From Longimicrobiales bacterium (lineage in GTDB: Bacteria; Gemmatimonadota; Gemmatimonadetes; Longimicrobiales; Gaopeijiaceae), in assembly GCA_965248195.1 (NCBI GenBank), contig CBDFIQ010000002.1:672001-736000 (forward strand): a DNA stretch of 64,000 bases. Direction: 5' to 3'. Below, in pieces: positions 38,974-47,991 of this stretch; position 1 is the first letter of the stretch; each line of letters opens with the position of its first letter. The notes beneath the pieces are model-generated. The model had not been told where the DNA came from, searched no databases, and was given only the letters and a program-made list of their open reading frames with translations. A program made the position numbers and the translations under genes.

Positions 38974-39975
38974 CTAGACCCCCGTGCCGCGGACGGCCCG
39001 ACGGACCAAGTTCCGCATCAGGGGGATTTTGAAATCATTGTGCCGTAGTGGCTGCGCATCACGAATCGCGACTTCACCGGCCTCCGTCCCCAATGCTTCG
39101 GAAGGAGCCTGGCCACGGAGGACCCTTTCGGAATCTTCGAGGCGCATGGGGAACGGAGCAGCCCCATTGACCGCCATCCGCACCTCTTCGATCACGCCGC
39201 CGTTGATGCGCATCGCCGATGCCACCGTCATGAGTGCGAAGTCCCACGCCTTCCGGTCTTCGACCTTCTCATAGTAGAAGGTGGCGCCTGCCCAGGTGGA
39301 CGGGAGGCGGATGGCCGTCAGGAGCTCACCGGGCTTCAAAATGGTCATGCGCTCGATATCTACGCTGGGTCGCATGAAGAAGTCCTCGGCATCGACGACC
39401 CGTTCACCTCTCGCTCCCTGAATCACGAACTGCGCATCGAGCGCGATGAGCGCCGGTGCTGAATCGGAGGGGCTGACCGCCACACAACGGCTCGCGCCGA
39501 TAATGCAATGCTCTCGATTCATCGCCGTGGGCGCCGAGGCGTAGCAGGTGTTACCGCCGGCCCGGTAGCAGGGCCACCCACCGCGGTAGTACCAGCAACG
39601 CGTGTCCTGGACCAGGTTGCCCGCGATCGTACCCCGGTTCCGAATCTGGGGCGTCGCGATGTGGGAGGCAGCGTCCGTGAGAACACTGTAATTCGCCAAC
39701 AACCCTGGGTGCGTGGCCACTTCGGTGAGCGTGGTCATCGCGCCGATTTCCATTCCGTCGGCCGTGCTACGCACGCCTTTGAGCTCATCCACGTTGACGA
39801 GGTCGACCACGGCCGTAGGCCGCTTGATCCGTTCCTTCCACCAGTCGAAGCTGTCCATCCCGCCGCCCAGCACCCAACCATCCTCACCGTATCGAATCAA
39901 CAGTTCGATCGCATCGTCGGCGCTCGTCGGCTGGAAGAGCTCGAACGCCGGGATCATATCTCTGATGACCGCCAT
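38974..39975 (-). CDS. Xanthine dehydrogenase family FAD subunit with [4Fe-4S] motif (PaoB-like)
   Basis: GGGMD, EIGAMTTL, TPQIRNRGTIAGNL, RCWYYR..CYRAGGNTC..SRCVAVSPSD, WDFA. Confidence 0.9.
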   Translation of the reverse strand: MAVIRDMIPAFELFQPTSADDAIELLIRYGEDGWVLGGGMDSFDWWKERIKRPTAVVDLVNVDELKGVRSTADGMEIGAMTTLTEVATHPGLLANYSVLTDAASHIATPQIRNRGTIAGNLVQDTRCWYYRGGWPCYRAGGNTCYASAPTAMNREHCIIGASRCVAVSPSDSAPALIALDAQFVIQGARGERVVDAEDFFMRPSVDIERMTILKPGELLTAIRLPSTWAGATFYYEKVEDRKAWDFALMTVASAMRINGGVIEEVRMAVNGAAPFPMRLEDSERVLRGQAPSEALGTEAGEVAIRDAQPLRHNDFKIPLMRNLVRRAVRGTGV

Positions 39976-39990
39976 CTTCGCTATCTCCCT

Positions 39991-42393
39991 TTAGACGTGA
40001 AGGTCGAGGGGGCCGTACGCAGGTTCGCGGCCCTCAATTTCTGCAAGTAGGACGTCCGGCGTCAGCGGTGTCCGGCACAGGCACTCACCTTCCAGAGCAT
40101 CGGAAATGGCCGAGGTAAGAGCCGCTGAACCGGCCCCCACACAAGGTTCTCCGATCCCTTTCGCGCCGACCGGACTCTGCGGATCCGGGAGCTCCACCGC
40201 CGCCCACTGCACGTCGATGGGGACATCGAGCATTCCCGGCGGTCGAGCCGTGTAGAGGCGTTTCGCGAACGACACGCCCCAGACCGGGTCGAAGACCCAC
40301 TTCTGGCTCATTGCCATCCCCATTCCCTGGAAGGAGCCACCGAAGATCTGACCCCCGAGACCCCTCGGATGGACCACGACACCGCAGTCCGTGACCGCCG
40401 TGAAATGAATGACGTCGACCTTGCCGGTCTCGACGTCCAGCTCCACCTCGGCGAAGCCGACCACCCACGATTGGAGTCCTCCCTCGCCGCCAAAGTTGTC
40501 CCTCGCCGCCGCCACGAGGCCCTGGCCGGCCAACGCCGTAACGGACGCCTTGGTCATGTCGTTGAGGTCTTCGTCGAACTCTTCGCCGCTGTACCGTCCG
40601 CCCAGTTCAATCGCCCGTGTCGCAGCACGCGCCAAGGTCATTCCCTGTGACGGATTGGAGCGGCGATAGACGCGTCCGTCGGACGTTTCATAGTCCTCGG
40701 GCCGGCCACCGAGATCCCTCGCGGCGATCTCCTGGAGCTTCTGCTTGGCGTCCAACCCGGCCGCGTGGTTCGCCCTCGTATGGGCATGGATCGATTGGCT
40801 GCCGGCCTGGACGGAACTCCAAGGCAAGTGGCGACTCGTGTCGCCGAAGACGACCTCGACGTCATCCCATTCGACGCCCAGAACGTCTGCCGCCGCACGA
40901 GCGGTGTCGAAGTTCGAGTTCGTGCCCAGGTTTCCGAGGCCCTGTTGGATCTGGACTATGCCGTCGGGCCGGATCACCAGAAGACCGTCGAACCCGCGGC
41001 TTCCCGCCGTGTACGGGCTCACTCCGACGCCGATACCGGTCCTTTTCGTGCCGTTCAGTTGTCCACTGCGGGCGATTCTCTGGTCCCATTGGAAGAGTTC
41101 GCGCCCCTTATCGATCGCTTCCTTGACGAAAACACTGGTGAGCGTAGCTCCACGTGGTCCGTATTCAACGTCGGCGTTCGGTGAGTTGAGCCGGCGAAGC
41201 GCGAGACGATCGACACCGAGCTCTCTCGCCGCCTTGTCCATCAGCGGCTCGAGCATCCCGATGATCTGAGCGCCGCCCGGGCCTCGCTGGGCCGCCTTGG
41301 GCGGTGTGTTCGTACGCACGCCCAGGCCGCGGTATCGCATGTTGAGCGGCGTATACGTGAGGGAAGCGGCATTAGCCGCCGAGTTCTGGTCGCCCCGGGC
41401 GTACGGCCCCGCATCTCCCAAGGCGAACATGTCGAGTGCGGTGATGCGACCGTCGGCCCGGAAGCCAATCCTGAAGCGAGCCTGTATGCCGGGCCGAGCA
41501 CGCCCGAGGTAGCTTTCCTCGGCGCGGTGGATCCGGAGCATGACCGGACGGTTGATCTTCCGGGAGAACAGCGCCGGCACCAGCTGGATGATACTGCCGG
41601 TGATCTTGCTCCCGAATCCGCCGCCGCAGTACTCGCCGATCAAGACCACATCTTCGATGTCCAGGTCGAGCTGGCCGGCGACCGCTTGGCGGGTCCGTAC
41701 CAGGCTCTGCGTCGACGTGTGCAGGAAGAGCCTCCCGTTCTGCCAGTACGCCATCGCAGAGCGGGGCTCCATCGGGTGATGCGAGACCGACTGGTGAACG
41801 ACGGTCTCGTCGAGGATCAGATCCGCCGCGGCGAAGCCGGCCTCGATGTCCCCGACCATCCATTCCGTGTCCGACTTCCCCTCACCGTCGGGCATCGGCA
41901 TGCTGCCCTCCGGGGCGTTGGCGAAATCTTCCTCCGTCCACTTGATCTCGGCCCAATCTCGCCCAATTAGTGTGTTGCCTTCGGGTCGCGCGTTCGGGCT
42001 GCCGGGCCGCACGCCGTCCAACGGGTTCAGCACGAAGGGTAGCGGCTCGAAGTCGACCACGACCCGCTCGATGGCATCCGCTGCGGTGGTCTCGTCGACC
42101 GCCGCTATGGCGAGAACGGACTCACCCTCGTAGAGCGGGTGGTTCGTGAGGCACTGCTCGCCAAATTCGGACTGAGGCACATCATCGGCCGTGAGGATGC
42201 CCACCACACCGTCCATGGCGAGGGCCGCGCTGGCGTCGATACGCACGACGCGGCAATGGGGCATCGGGCTCGCCAACAACTTGGCGAACACCATGCCGTC
42301 CGCCCTGAAGTCCTCCGCGTACTTCGCTCGTCCCGTAATCTTCGCGTGCAGATCGTCAGGGGCGATATCTTGTCCGATCAGTTTTTCAGCCAT
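39991..42393 (-). CDS. Xanthine dehydrogenase family molybdopterin-binding subunit (PaoC-like)
   Basis: KITGRAKYAED, PMEPR, GGGFGSK, QRGPG, DCGVVVHP, GAKGIGEP. Confidence 0.92.
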   Translation of the reverse strand: MAEKLIGQDIAPDDLHAKITGRAKYAEDFRADGMVFAKLLASPMPHCRVVRIDASAALAMDGVVGILTADDVPQSEFGEQCLTNHPLYEGESVLAIAAVDETTAADAIERVVVDFEPLPFVLNPLDGVRPGSPNARPEGNTLIGRDWAEIKWTEEDFANAPEGSMPMPDGEGKSDTEWMVGDIEAGFAAADLILDETVVHQSVSHHPMEPRSAMAYWQNGRLFLHTSTQSLVRTRQAVAGQLDLDIEDVVLIGEYCGGGFGSKITGSIIQLVPALFSRKINRPVMLRIHRAEESYLGRARPGIQARFRIGFRADGRITALDMFALGDAGPYARGDQNSAANAASLTYTPLNMRYRGLGVRTNTPPKAAQRGPGGAQIIGMLEPLMDKAARELGVDRLALRRLNSPNADVEYGPRGATLTSVFVKEAIDKGRELFQWDQRIARSGQLNGTKRTGIGVGVSPYTAGSRGFDGLLVIRPDGIVQIQQGLGNLGTNSNFDTARAAADVLGVEWDDVEVVFGDTSRHLPWSSVQAGSQSIHAHTRANHAAGLDAKQKLQEIAARDLGGRPEDYETSDGRVYRRSNPSQGMTLARAATRAIELGGRYSGEEFDEDLNDMTKASVTALAGQGLVAAARDNFGGEGGLQSWVVGFAEVELDVETGKVDVIHFTAVTDCGVVVHPRGLGGQIFGGSFQGMGMAMSQKWVFDPVWGVSFAKRLYTARPPGMLDVPIDVQWAAVELPDPQSPVGAKGIGEPCVGAGSAALTSAISDALEGECLCRTPLTPDVLLAEIEGREPAYGPLDLHV

Positions 42394-42405
42394 GATCGCC
42401 CCCCC

Positions 42406-43041
42406 TTATGCTTGCTGCCGCGAGTACTCGGCGGCACGCATGGCGGAAGTCAGAATTTTGTTGTAGTCGGCGCACCGGCACAGGTTGCCGGAAAGCGCTT
42501 GAGCGGCTTCTTCACGAGTCGGGTTCGGGTTGGCCTCGACCATCGCCACCATGCTCATGATGAAGCCGGGGGCACAGAAGGCGCACTGGAAGCCGCCTTC
42601 GTCGAGGACCGCCTGCTGGACCGGATGCAGCGTGCCGTCCGGCTCCTCGAGGCCCTCGATGGTCGTGATATCTTTTCCACGAACGGTGTGCGTGAGCACT
42701 GAGCAGGAATAGCTGTTCACGCCGTCGATGAGTACGGTGCATGCACCACACTCCGCACGGTCACAGCCGAGCTTGGTGCCGGTGAGCCCCAGCTTATAAC
42801 GTAGCGTGAAGGCCAGCGTCTCTTGCTTCATCACGTCCACACGCCGCTGCTGGCCGTTGACGTTCAGTGTCATGAGCCGCTCGACCGACCCCTGAACCGC
42901 AAGAGCCCCGAGCAGGGGCTGTGGCCCTTTGAAGAGATAGCCCACCGAAGAGGTCGTGGCACCCGCCGCGATGACCCCCATGATGAACTTTCTTCGGGTA
43001 ACCGTACGCTCCGGACTGCCGATGATCTCGACGTCGCTCAT
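42406..43041 (-). CDS. 2x[2Fe-2S] subunit with Tat signal (PaoA-like)
   Basis: TRRKFI twin-arginine motif, GCDRAECGACTV..SC, QCAFC, GNLCRC. Confidence 0.92.
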   Translation of the reverse strand: MSDVEIIGSPERTVTRRKFIMGVIAAGATTSSVGYLFKGPQPLLGALAVQGSVERLMTLNVNGQQRRVDVMKQETLAFTLRYKLGLTGTKLGCDRAECGACTVLIDGVNSYSCSVLTHTVRGKDITTIEGLEEPDGTLHPVQQAVLDEGGFQCAFCAPGFIMSMVAMVEANPNPTREEAAQALSGNLCRCADYNKILTSAMRAAEYSRQQA

Positions 43042-43203
43042 GGAGCCTTACCTCCTTCAGATATCATTACGGGAAGAACCTGACAGGCGGCCCTATCCGC
43101 CCAGCGAACCATAATAAGCGACGACGTGCCAGAAGGCGAGCCCGACCGACAATGACTCTCCGGGCTCGCCCGTGCGTGAACTCCGGGCGAGCTTGTTCTC
43201 CTA

Positions 43204-43245
43204 CAAACAGTGGCGTGGCTCCGTCAAACAGTGGCGTGGCTCCGT
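43204..43245. repeat. Perfect 21-bp tandem duplication
   Basis: CAAACAGTGGCGTGGCTCCGT x2 in the divergent promoter region. Confidence 0.9.
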
Positions 43246-43319
43246 GCAACCTCTGGACCACGGCGGGGGTCCAACAGTAGACTGACGGGTTGGTGGGCGC
43301 CTCACGGATACTGAACGAT

Positions 43320-43688
43320 ATGCTTTCTTGGTTGTCGGCCGTAACCCTGGCCTTCATAATCGGAGTCGTCTCGATGCGTGCGTGGTGGATCGAGCGAAAA
43401 AAGCGCCTCATCGCCGAGCGCCGGGTCGTCGAACGCCCGAACTCCTTTTACGCGTCGAAAGCAGTTCACAACCAAGAGGACGAAGAGTGGTGGCGCCGGA
43501 TCGAGCTCGAGCGTCTCCACGAACTGAATCGGGAATACGTGGAGCGCCTCCTACGCCAGATCGACGGCGTCGGCGTCGGCACCCTTACAACGGACGAACG
43601 CGCGTTCATGGAGCGCATGGCCAAGCTCGATGCACCGCCGCGTCCGGGCGTCCGGCCGCCGACCGACCCTTGGCCCAGCCCCGCTTGA
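43320..43688 (+). CDS. Membrane-anchored protein with DUF6576-like C-terminal domain
   Basis: TM helix, then LHELNREYVERLLRQI..GVGTLTTDERAFMER, resembling rhomboid C-terminal tails. Confidence 0.6.
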   Translation: MLSWLSAVTLAFIIGVVSMRAWWIERKKRLIAERRVVERPNSFYASKAVHNQEDEEWWRRIELERLHELNREYVERLLRQIDGVGVGTLTTDERAFMERMAKLDAPPRPGVRPPTDPWPSPA

Positions 43689-43736
43689 TCGACTCGGCTG
43701 CTGACTGATCGACTCAGGTCCTACAACAGGGGAGCC

Positions 43737-44273
43737 CTACCAGCCTGCCTCGTCCGGTGGAGCCGGCGGGACGTCCTTGAGCGCGGTTTCCTCGTTGAAG
43801 AGCTTGAAGCCCCGAGCCCGGTAGTTCTCAATCGCCCGGGGGCTATCGAGCGAACACGTGTGAAGCCAGACGCGCCGTGCGCCTGTGCGAAACGCCCGCT
43901 CGACCGTATCGGACAGGAGAAGCCCGCCGATCCCCTTTCCCATGAATTGGCGGAGCAATCCAAAGTAGGCGATCTCCACGGATCCTTCAGGCTGGCGCTC
44001 GATCTCGACGTAACCAGCGATCACTCCGTCCAGATAGGCGATCCATAACTCGACCCCCGGCCGTTCGAGGTGAGCCAACCATTTCGAATACGGCCAGCTC
44101 AGCCGGTCGGTCCAGCGCCAAGCCCGTCCGACCGCCTTGTAGAGGAATCGCCCCAGCTCCGGAGAAGCGATTCTGGCTTCCCGGATCTCGAGATCCGGCA
44201 TTTTTCGTCCAGACGTCTTGAGCCCCTCCACACTGCGAAGCTCCAGGTAATATGTGGTGACTTCCGTTTCCAC
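43737..44273 (-). CDS. GNAT acetyltransferase
   Basis: EIAYFGL, GKGIGG, RVWLHTCSLD, NYRARGF. Confidence 0.88.
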   Translation of the reverse strand: METEVTTYYLELRSVEGLKTSGRKMPDLEIREARIASPELGRFLYKAVGRAWRWTDRLSWPYSKWLAHLERPGVELWIAYLDGVIAGYVEIERQPEGSVEIAYFGLLRQFMGKGIGGLLLSDTVERAFRTGARRVWLHTCSLDSPRAIENYRARGFKLFNEETALKDVPPAPPDEAGW

Positions 44274-44503
44274 GGGTCTCGCTGCCGGTCCGCATAATCG
44301 TAGAATCCTGATCGAACTCCGCCGCAACGGTGCTCGATAGGGAAGGCGCCGTCAACCGAAAGCTCCATCAGGAGGGGTCTCTTGTTGGGGGGCTCGTCAG
44401 GGAGCAGTATTCGAGCGCGAGACAAAACCTCGGCGATGTATGAGCGGATGATGGACAGCACCCCAGTTCTTCGACAGCCTTCTAGCGCTCCAGCTCATAG
44501 GAC

Positions 44504-45451
44504 TTGCATCACTTGAAGTTCGGAAGACCACCCTCCTGGGCCCCCCCGGTGTTCGTAGTCGGCCTCTATTGGGGCCTTCTCGCCACCCTCGCCGGTGAGA
44601 TCACCAACGGTCACCTGATGTATGGTGGCGCGATTCTCCTGCTCAGTCAGATCAAGCAGCCGTTCCTGCCTTTGGGAGTCCGGCCTCTGGACTTCGTTCT
44701 GCCGTTTCTCCTCACCGGCATCCTCTACGACAGCCAGCGGTATTGGGGCGAAGCCGTGCGCGGTGTTCCGCACATCGCCGAGCTTTATTCGCTTGAAAAG
44801 CGGTTGTTCGGGGTCCCCTCGCCGAATGGCACGCTGACGCTGAACGAGTGGTTCGGTGAGCATCTGCACCCTGTGTTGGACTTCATCGCGGGGGGGGCCT
44901 ATCTGACGTTCATAGGCGTCTTTGTCCTTCTGGCGGCATACTTCACGCGCCGAATCTACTTCGACGCCGGCTCCGAGTCGACGCCTTCCCAGAGGGAGTG
45001 GTCGGCGCGCGCGCCCGCGTGGTCCTTCCTCGTGGTAAACGTTCTCGGGTTCGCGACCTGGTTTCTCTACCCGGCTGCCCCTCCTTGGTACGTGGATCTG
45101 TACGGGCTGGACACCATTCTACTAGACGTACCCATGGACCCGGCTCGGACACTCCGTTTCGACGCATTGTTCGGCACCAGCTTCTTCACAGGGATGTACG
45201 GTGCGGGGTCCAACCCGTTCGGTGCCATTCCCTCCCTCCACATCTCCTACCCCATCTTGTCCGTCGTTTTCGCGATGAGACTCAAAAGGCTCCGCGTATT
45301 CACGATCGTGTTCTCGAGCCTGGTCGGATTCGCGGCGGTCTACCTCAACCATCACTACTTGATCGACGTACTCCTGGGTGTCTTTTTTGGGTTGGTAGCC
45401 GCGGCGATCACCATCGTGGGGATGGGTCGGCTGGGTGGAGGTTTCAGATGA
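44504..45451 (+). CDS. Aur1/inositol phosphorylceramide synthase-like PAP2 protein
   Basis: YPAAPPWY, NPFGAIPSLH, YLNHHYLIDV; start uncertain. Confidence 0.8.
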   Translation: MHHLKFGRPPSWAPPVFVVGLYWGLLATLAGEITNGHLMYGGAILLLSQIKQPFLPLGVRPLDFVLPFLLTGILYDSQRYWGEAVRGVPHIAELYSLEKRLFGVPSPNGTLTLNEWFGEHLHPVLDFIAGGAYLTFIGVFVLLAAYFTRRIYFDAGSESTPSQREWSARAPAWSFLVVNVLGFATWFLYPAAPPWYVDLYGLDTILLDVPMDPARTLRFDALFGTSFFTGMYGAGSNPFGAIPSLHISYPILSVVFAMRLKRLRVFTIVFSSLVGFAAVYLNHHYLIDVLLGVFFGLVAAAITIVGMGRLGGGFR

Positions 45452-45556
45452 ATTCCCGGAGCGGCCGGTTACCTCGCCAAGGACCAGAGTTTGCCATAAA
45501 CCGGTCCGGGAGACAGATTCGGCTTTACAAATCGTTGCCTCCCCCCGGGTGACCCC

Positions 45557-46833
45557 ATGGCTGAACCGGATCTTCAGGGCCAGCTTCAAGCAGAGTTAGA
45601 CCCGGAGTTCCAGATCGTCCGCTTGCTGGGCGAGGGCTCCGTGGCACAGGTATACCTGGCTCGGGAGCGGGCGCTCCAGCGTCTGGTCGCCGTCAAGTTC
45701 ATGAAGTCGCCGTATGCTCAGGATGACACCGTGCGGAAACGTTTCGAACGGGAGGCTCGATCCGCCGCGAAGATCCACCATCACAACGTCGTGACCGTGC
45801 ATCGGGTGGGCTCCCTCGAGGATCAAACGCCATTCATCATCATGGAGTACATCGAGGGGCGGAACCTCGCGGATGAGCTCCAGGCAGAGGGGGTCATGAC
45901 GACTGAGCAGGCCTGTCATACCCTGAGCCAAGTGGCCTCGGCGCTGGTGGCCGCCCACGAGAAGGGAATCGTCCACCGGGACGTAAAGCCCGCCAACGTC
46001 GTGCGAGAGAAGGATTCGGACCGCGTGGTGCTCACAGATTTCGGAATTGCCGGGATCTTGGAGACGGGCACCGAGACCATCACCCGTCTCACGAAATATG
46101 GGGAGTTACTCGGCGATCCGCGGTACATGAGTCCCGAACAGTTGCTCGGTGAATCCGTCACGGATCAATCGGATGTGTACAGCCTGGGCATTTGGGCTAC
46201 GAGCTTCTCACGCTCAAGGCTCCATACGAAGGGAAAACCAGCGTCCAAATGGTCGCGGCACACCTGAAGAAAGAACCGATTCCGTTGACCGAGCTCCGGC
46301 CTGACGCAGATCCCTTTCTCGCGGAACTTTTGGAGCGGTGTCTTTCCAAGAATCCTCTGCATCGGCCGAGGGCGTCCGAAGTCGCCAAGGTCTTGGAGCA
46401 GGTTACGGAGGAGCCCCAGGCCTCGGGGCAGGGCACGGAGTCGGACTCGTTCGCCAGCCAGTCGTTTTCGGACACGGTACAAAACATTCCCGTCCTCGCA
46501 GCTTTTATCGGGGAGCTCAAGCGCCGGCATGTGTTCAACGTGGCAGTATTCTATGTGTTGGTCACTGCGGGTCTTTTGCAGTTTGCAGACCCTGTTCTGG
46601 ATTCATTGCCCCTCCCCGATAATTCGATGCAGATCCTGGTGGCCGTCACGCTGGGAGGGTTCCCGGTGATTCTCGTTCTTTCGTGGATGTTCGACGTCAG
46701 CTCCAAGGGAATCCAACGAACCGAGTCGGATGTCACGGGAGCCGCTCGCATCAAGCTTCGCATACTGCAGGTATTGGGATTGGTTCTCAGCCTCATGATG
46801 TTCGGGCTGGTCGCCTCGTGGATTCTGACGTAG
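45557..46833 (+). pseudogene. Hanks-type Ser/Thr kinase with C-terminal TM domain, frameshifted at 46190-46193
   Basis: LGEGSVAQVY, VAVK, HRDVKPAN, TDFG, YMSPEQ, SDVYSLGI then GYELLT in the next frame; one extra T in ATTTGG restores LGILGYEL. Confidence 0.85.
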
Positions 46834-47179
46834 CATCACCGGTCTTCGTCGCCGGTAGCGGACATCGGGGAGGCCGGACCGTGGCGCAGCCCGAGTCCCA
46901 GCACTATCACGAACGCCAGGAACCCGAGCTCGTCCACGGGCAGAGCCGACACCCGCCGTGGATCCAGAAGCTCCGCTGCGATGCCGCGCCCTCTCCGGTG
47001 CTCGGATGGTCGCTGTCAAATACCACCCGCCCACCAGCAGACAGAACCCGCCTGCGCCTGCCAGGACGAGAGCGAGGGGGGAATGAGCGCGCCCCTGGGT
47101 GCGAGGGTGGGTATCGGTCTTCGAGGGTACTACTTTAGCGGTCATCGTCGGACGGGAAAACCATCCGGAGCGAGGAACC

Positions 47180-47386
47180 ATGAACAAGAAACTCGAAATA
47201 TCAGGAATGACCTGCGGGCACTGCGTGAGCCATGTGAAGTCTGCCTTGGAGGGGATAGGGGGTGTGTCCGGAGCGGACGTCTCGCTGGAGAACCACGGCG
47301 CGGAGGTCACGCTGTCGGGCGAAGTGATGGATGCGGATCTGATCGCGGCGGTCGAGGCGGCCGGGTACGGGGCGGAGGTCCGCTAG
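47180..47386 (+). CDS. Heavy-metal-associated domain protein (CopZ-like)
   Basis: GMTCGHC, AAGY; GAGG RBS. Confidence 0.9.
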   Translation: MNKKLEISGMTCGHCVSHVKSALEGIGGVSGADVSLENHGAEVTLSGEVMDADLIAAVEAAGYGAEVR

Positions 47387-47407
47387 TGTCCGGATTCTAA
47401 ACGCCGC

Positions 47408-47830
47408 ATGACGGTCATCACCCGTACGATCGAGCGCCGTACGGAAGGCGACGACCATATTTTGGACTTGACGGCGGAGCTGCAGATCCTGGTGGGGGAG
47501 AGCGGGATCGGCCTGGGACAGCTCACGGCCATGGTGGTCGGATCGACCGCGGCGCTCACAACGCTGGAGTTCGAGCCGGGCCTCGTGGGGCACGACATAG
47601 CGGCGGCCCTCGAGCGCATCGCTCCCCAGGGCGGGAATTACGAACACGAGAAGATGTGGCATGACGACAATGGGCATAGCCATGTTCGTGCGAGCCTGAT
47701 CGGCCCCTCGCTCGCTCTCCCGATCGTGGATGGCGCCCTCCCATTGGGGACCTGGCAGCAGGTGGTCCTCGTGGATCTCGACACCCGCCCCCGCACCCGC
47801 CGGGTGGTGGTCAACCTCGTAGGGGAATGA
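47408..47830 (+). CDS. yjbQ: YjbQ/UPF0047 family protein
   Basis: GSTAALT, DDNGHSHVRASL, LGTWQQV. Confidence 0.88.
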   Translation: MTVITRTIERRTEGDDHILDLTAELQILVGESGIGLGQLTAMVVGSTAALTTLEFEPGLVGHDIAAALERIAPQGGNYEHEKMWHDDNGHSHVRASLIGPSLALPIVDGALPLGTWQQVVLVDLDTRPRTRRVVVNLVGE

Positions 47831-47836
47831 GCCCTT

Positions 47837-47899
47837 CTAAATCTTCTTGAGGATCCAACTCAGGACCAACCGAGCGATCCTTCGAATAATCGTCATCAT
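47837..47899 (-). CDS. Candidate 20-aa amphipathic cationic peptide
   Basis: MMTIIRRIARLVLSWILKKI*, with GGGAGG 11 nt upstream of the first ATG. Confidence 0.35.
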   Translation of the reverse strand: MMTIIRRIARLVLSWILKKI

Positions 47900-47991
47900 G
47901 TAGGTGGGCGCCTCCCGGGCGAATCTTGGTGTTCACGTTCCAACCCATACGAGAGAGTTACGAAAAGGGTTTCCAACGGATCAGCAAACCA

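Noticed and set aside
43117..43133. CTGGCACG on the minus strand as a sigma-54 promoter for the molybdoenzyme operon
   Set aside because: GG-to-GC spacing is 9, not the required 10, and there is no TTGC.
47092..47135. CsoR/CueR operator upstream of the CopZ-like gene
   Set aside because: GGGTAT/GGGTAC half-motifs are present but there is no convincing inverted partner.
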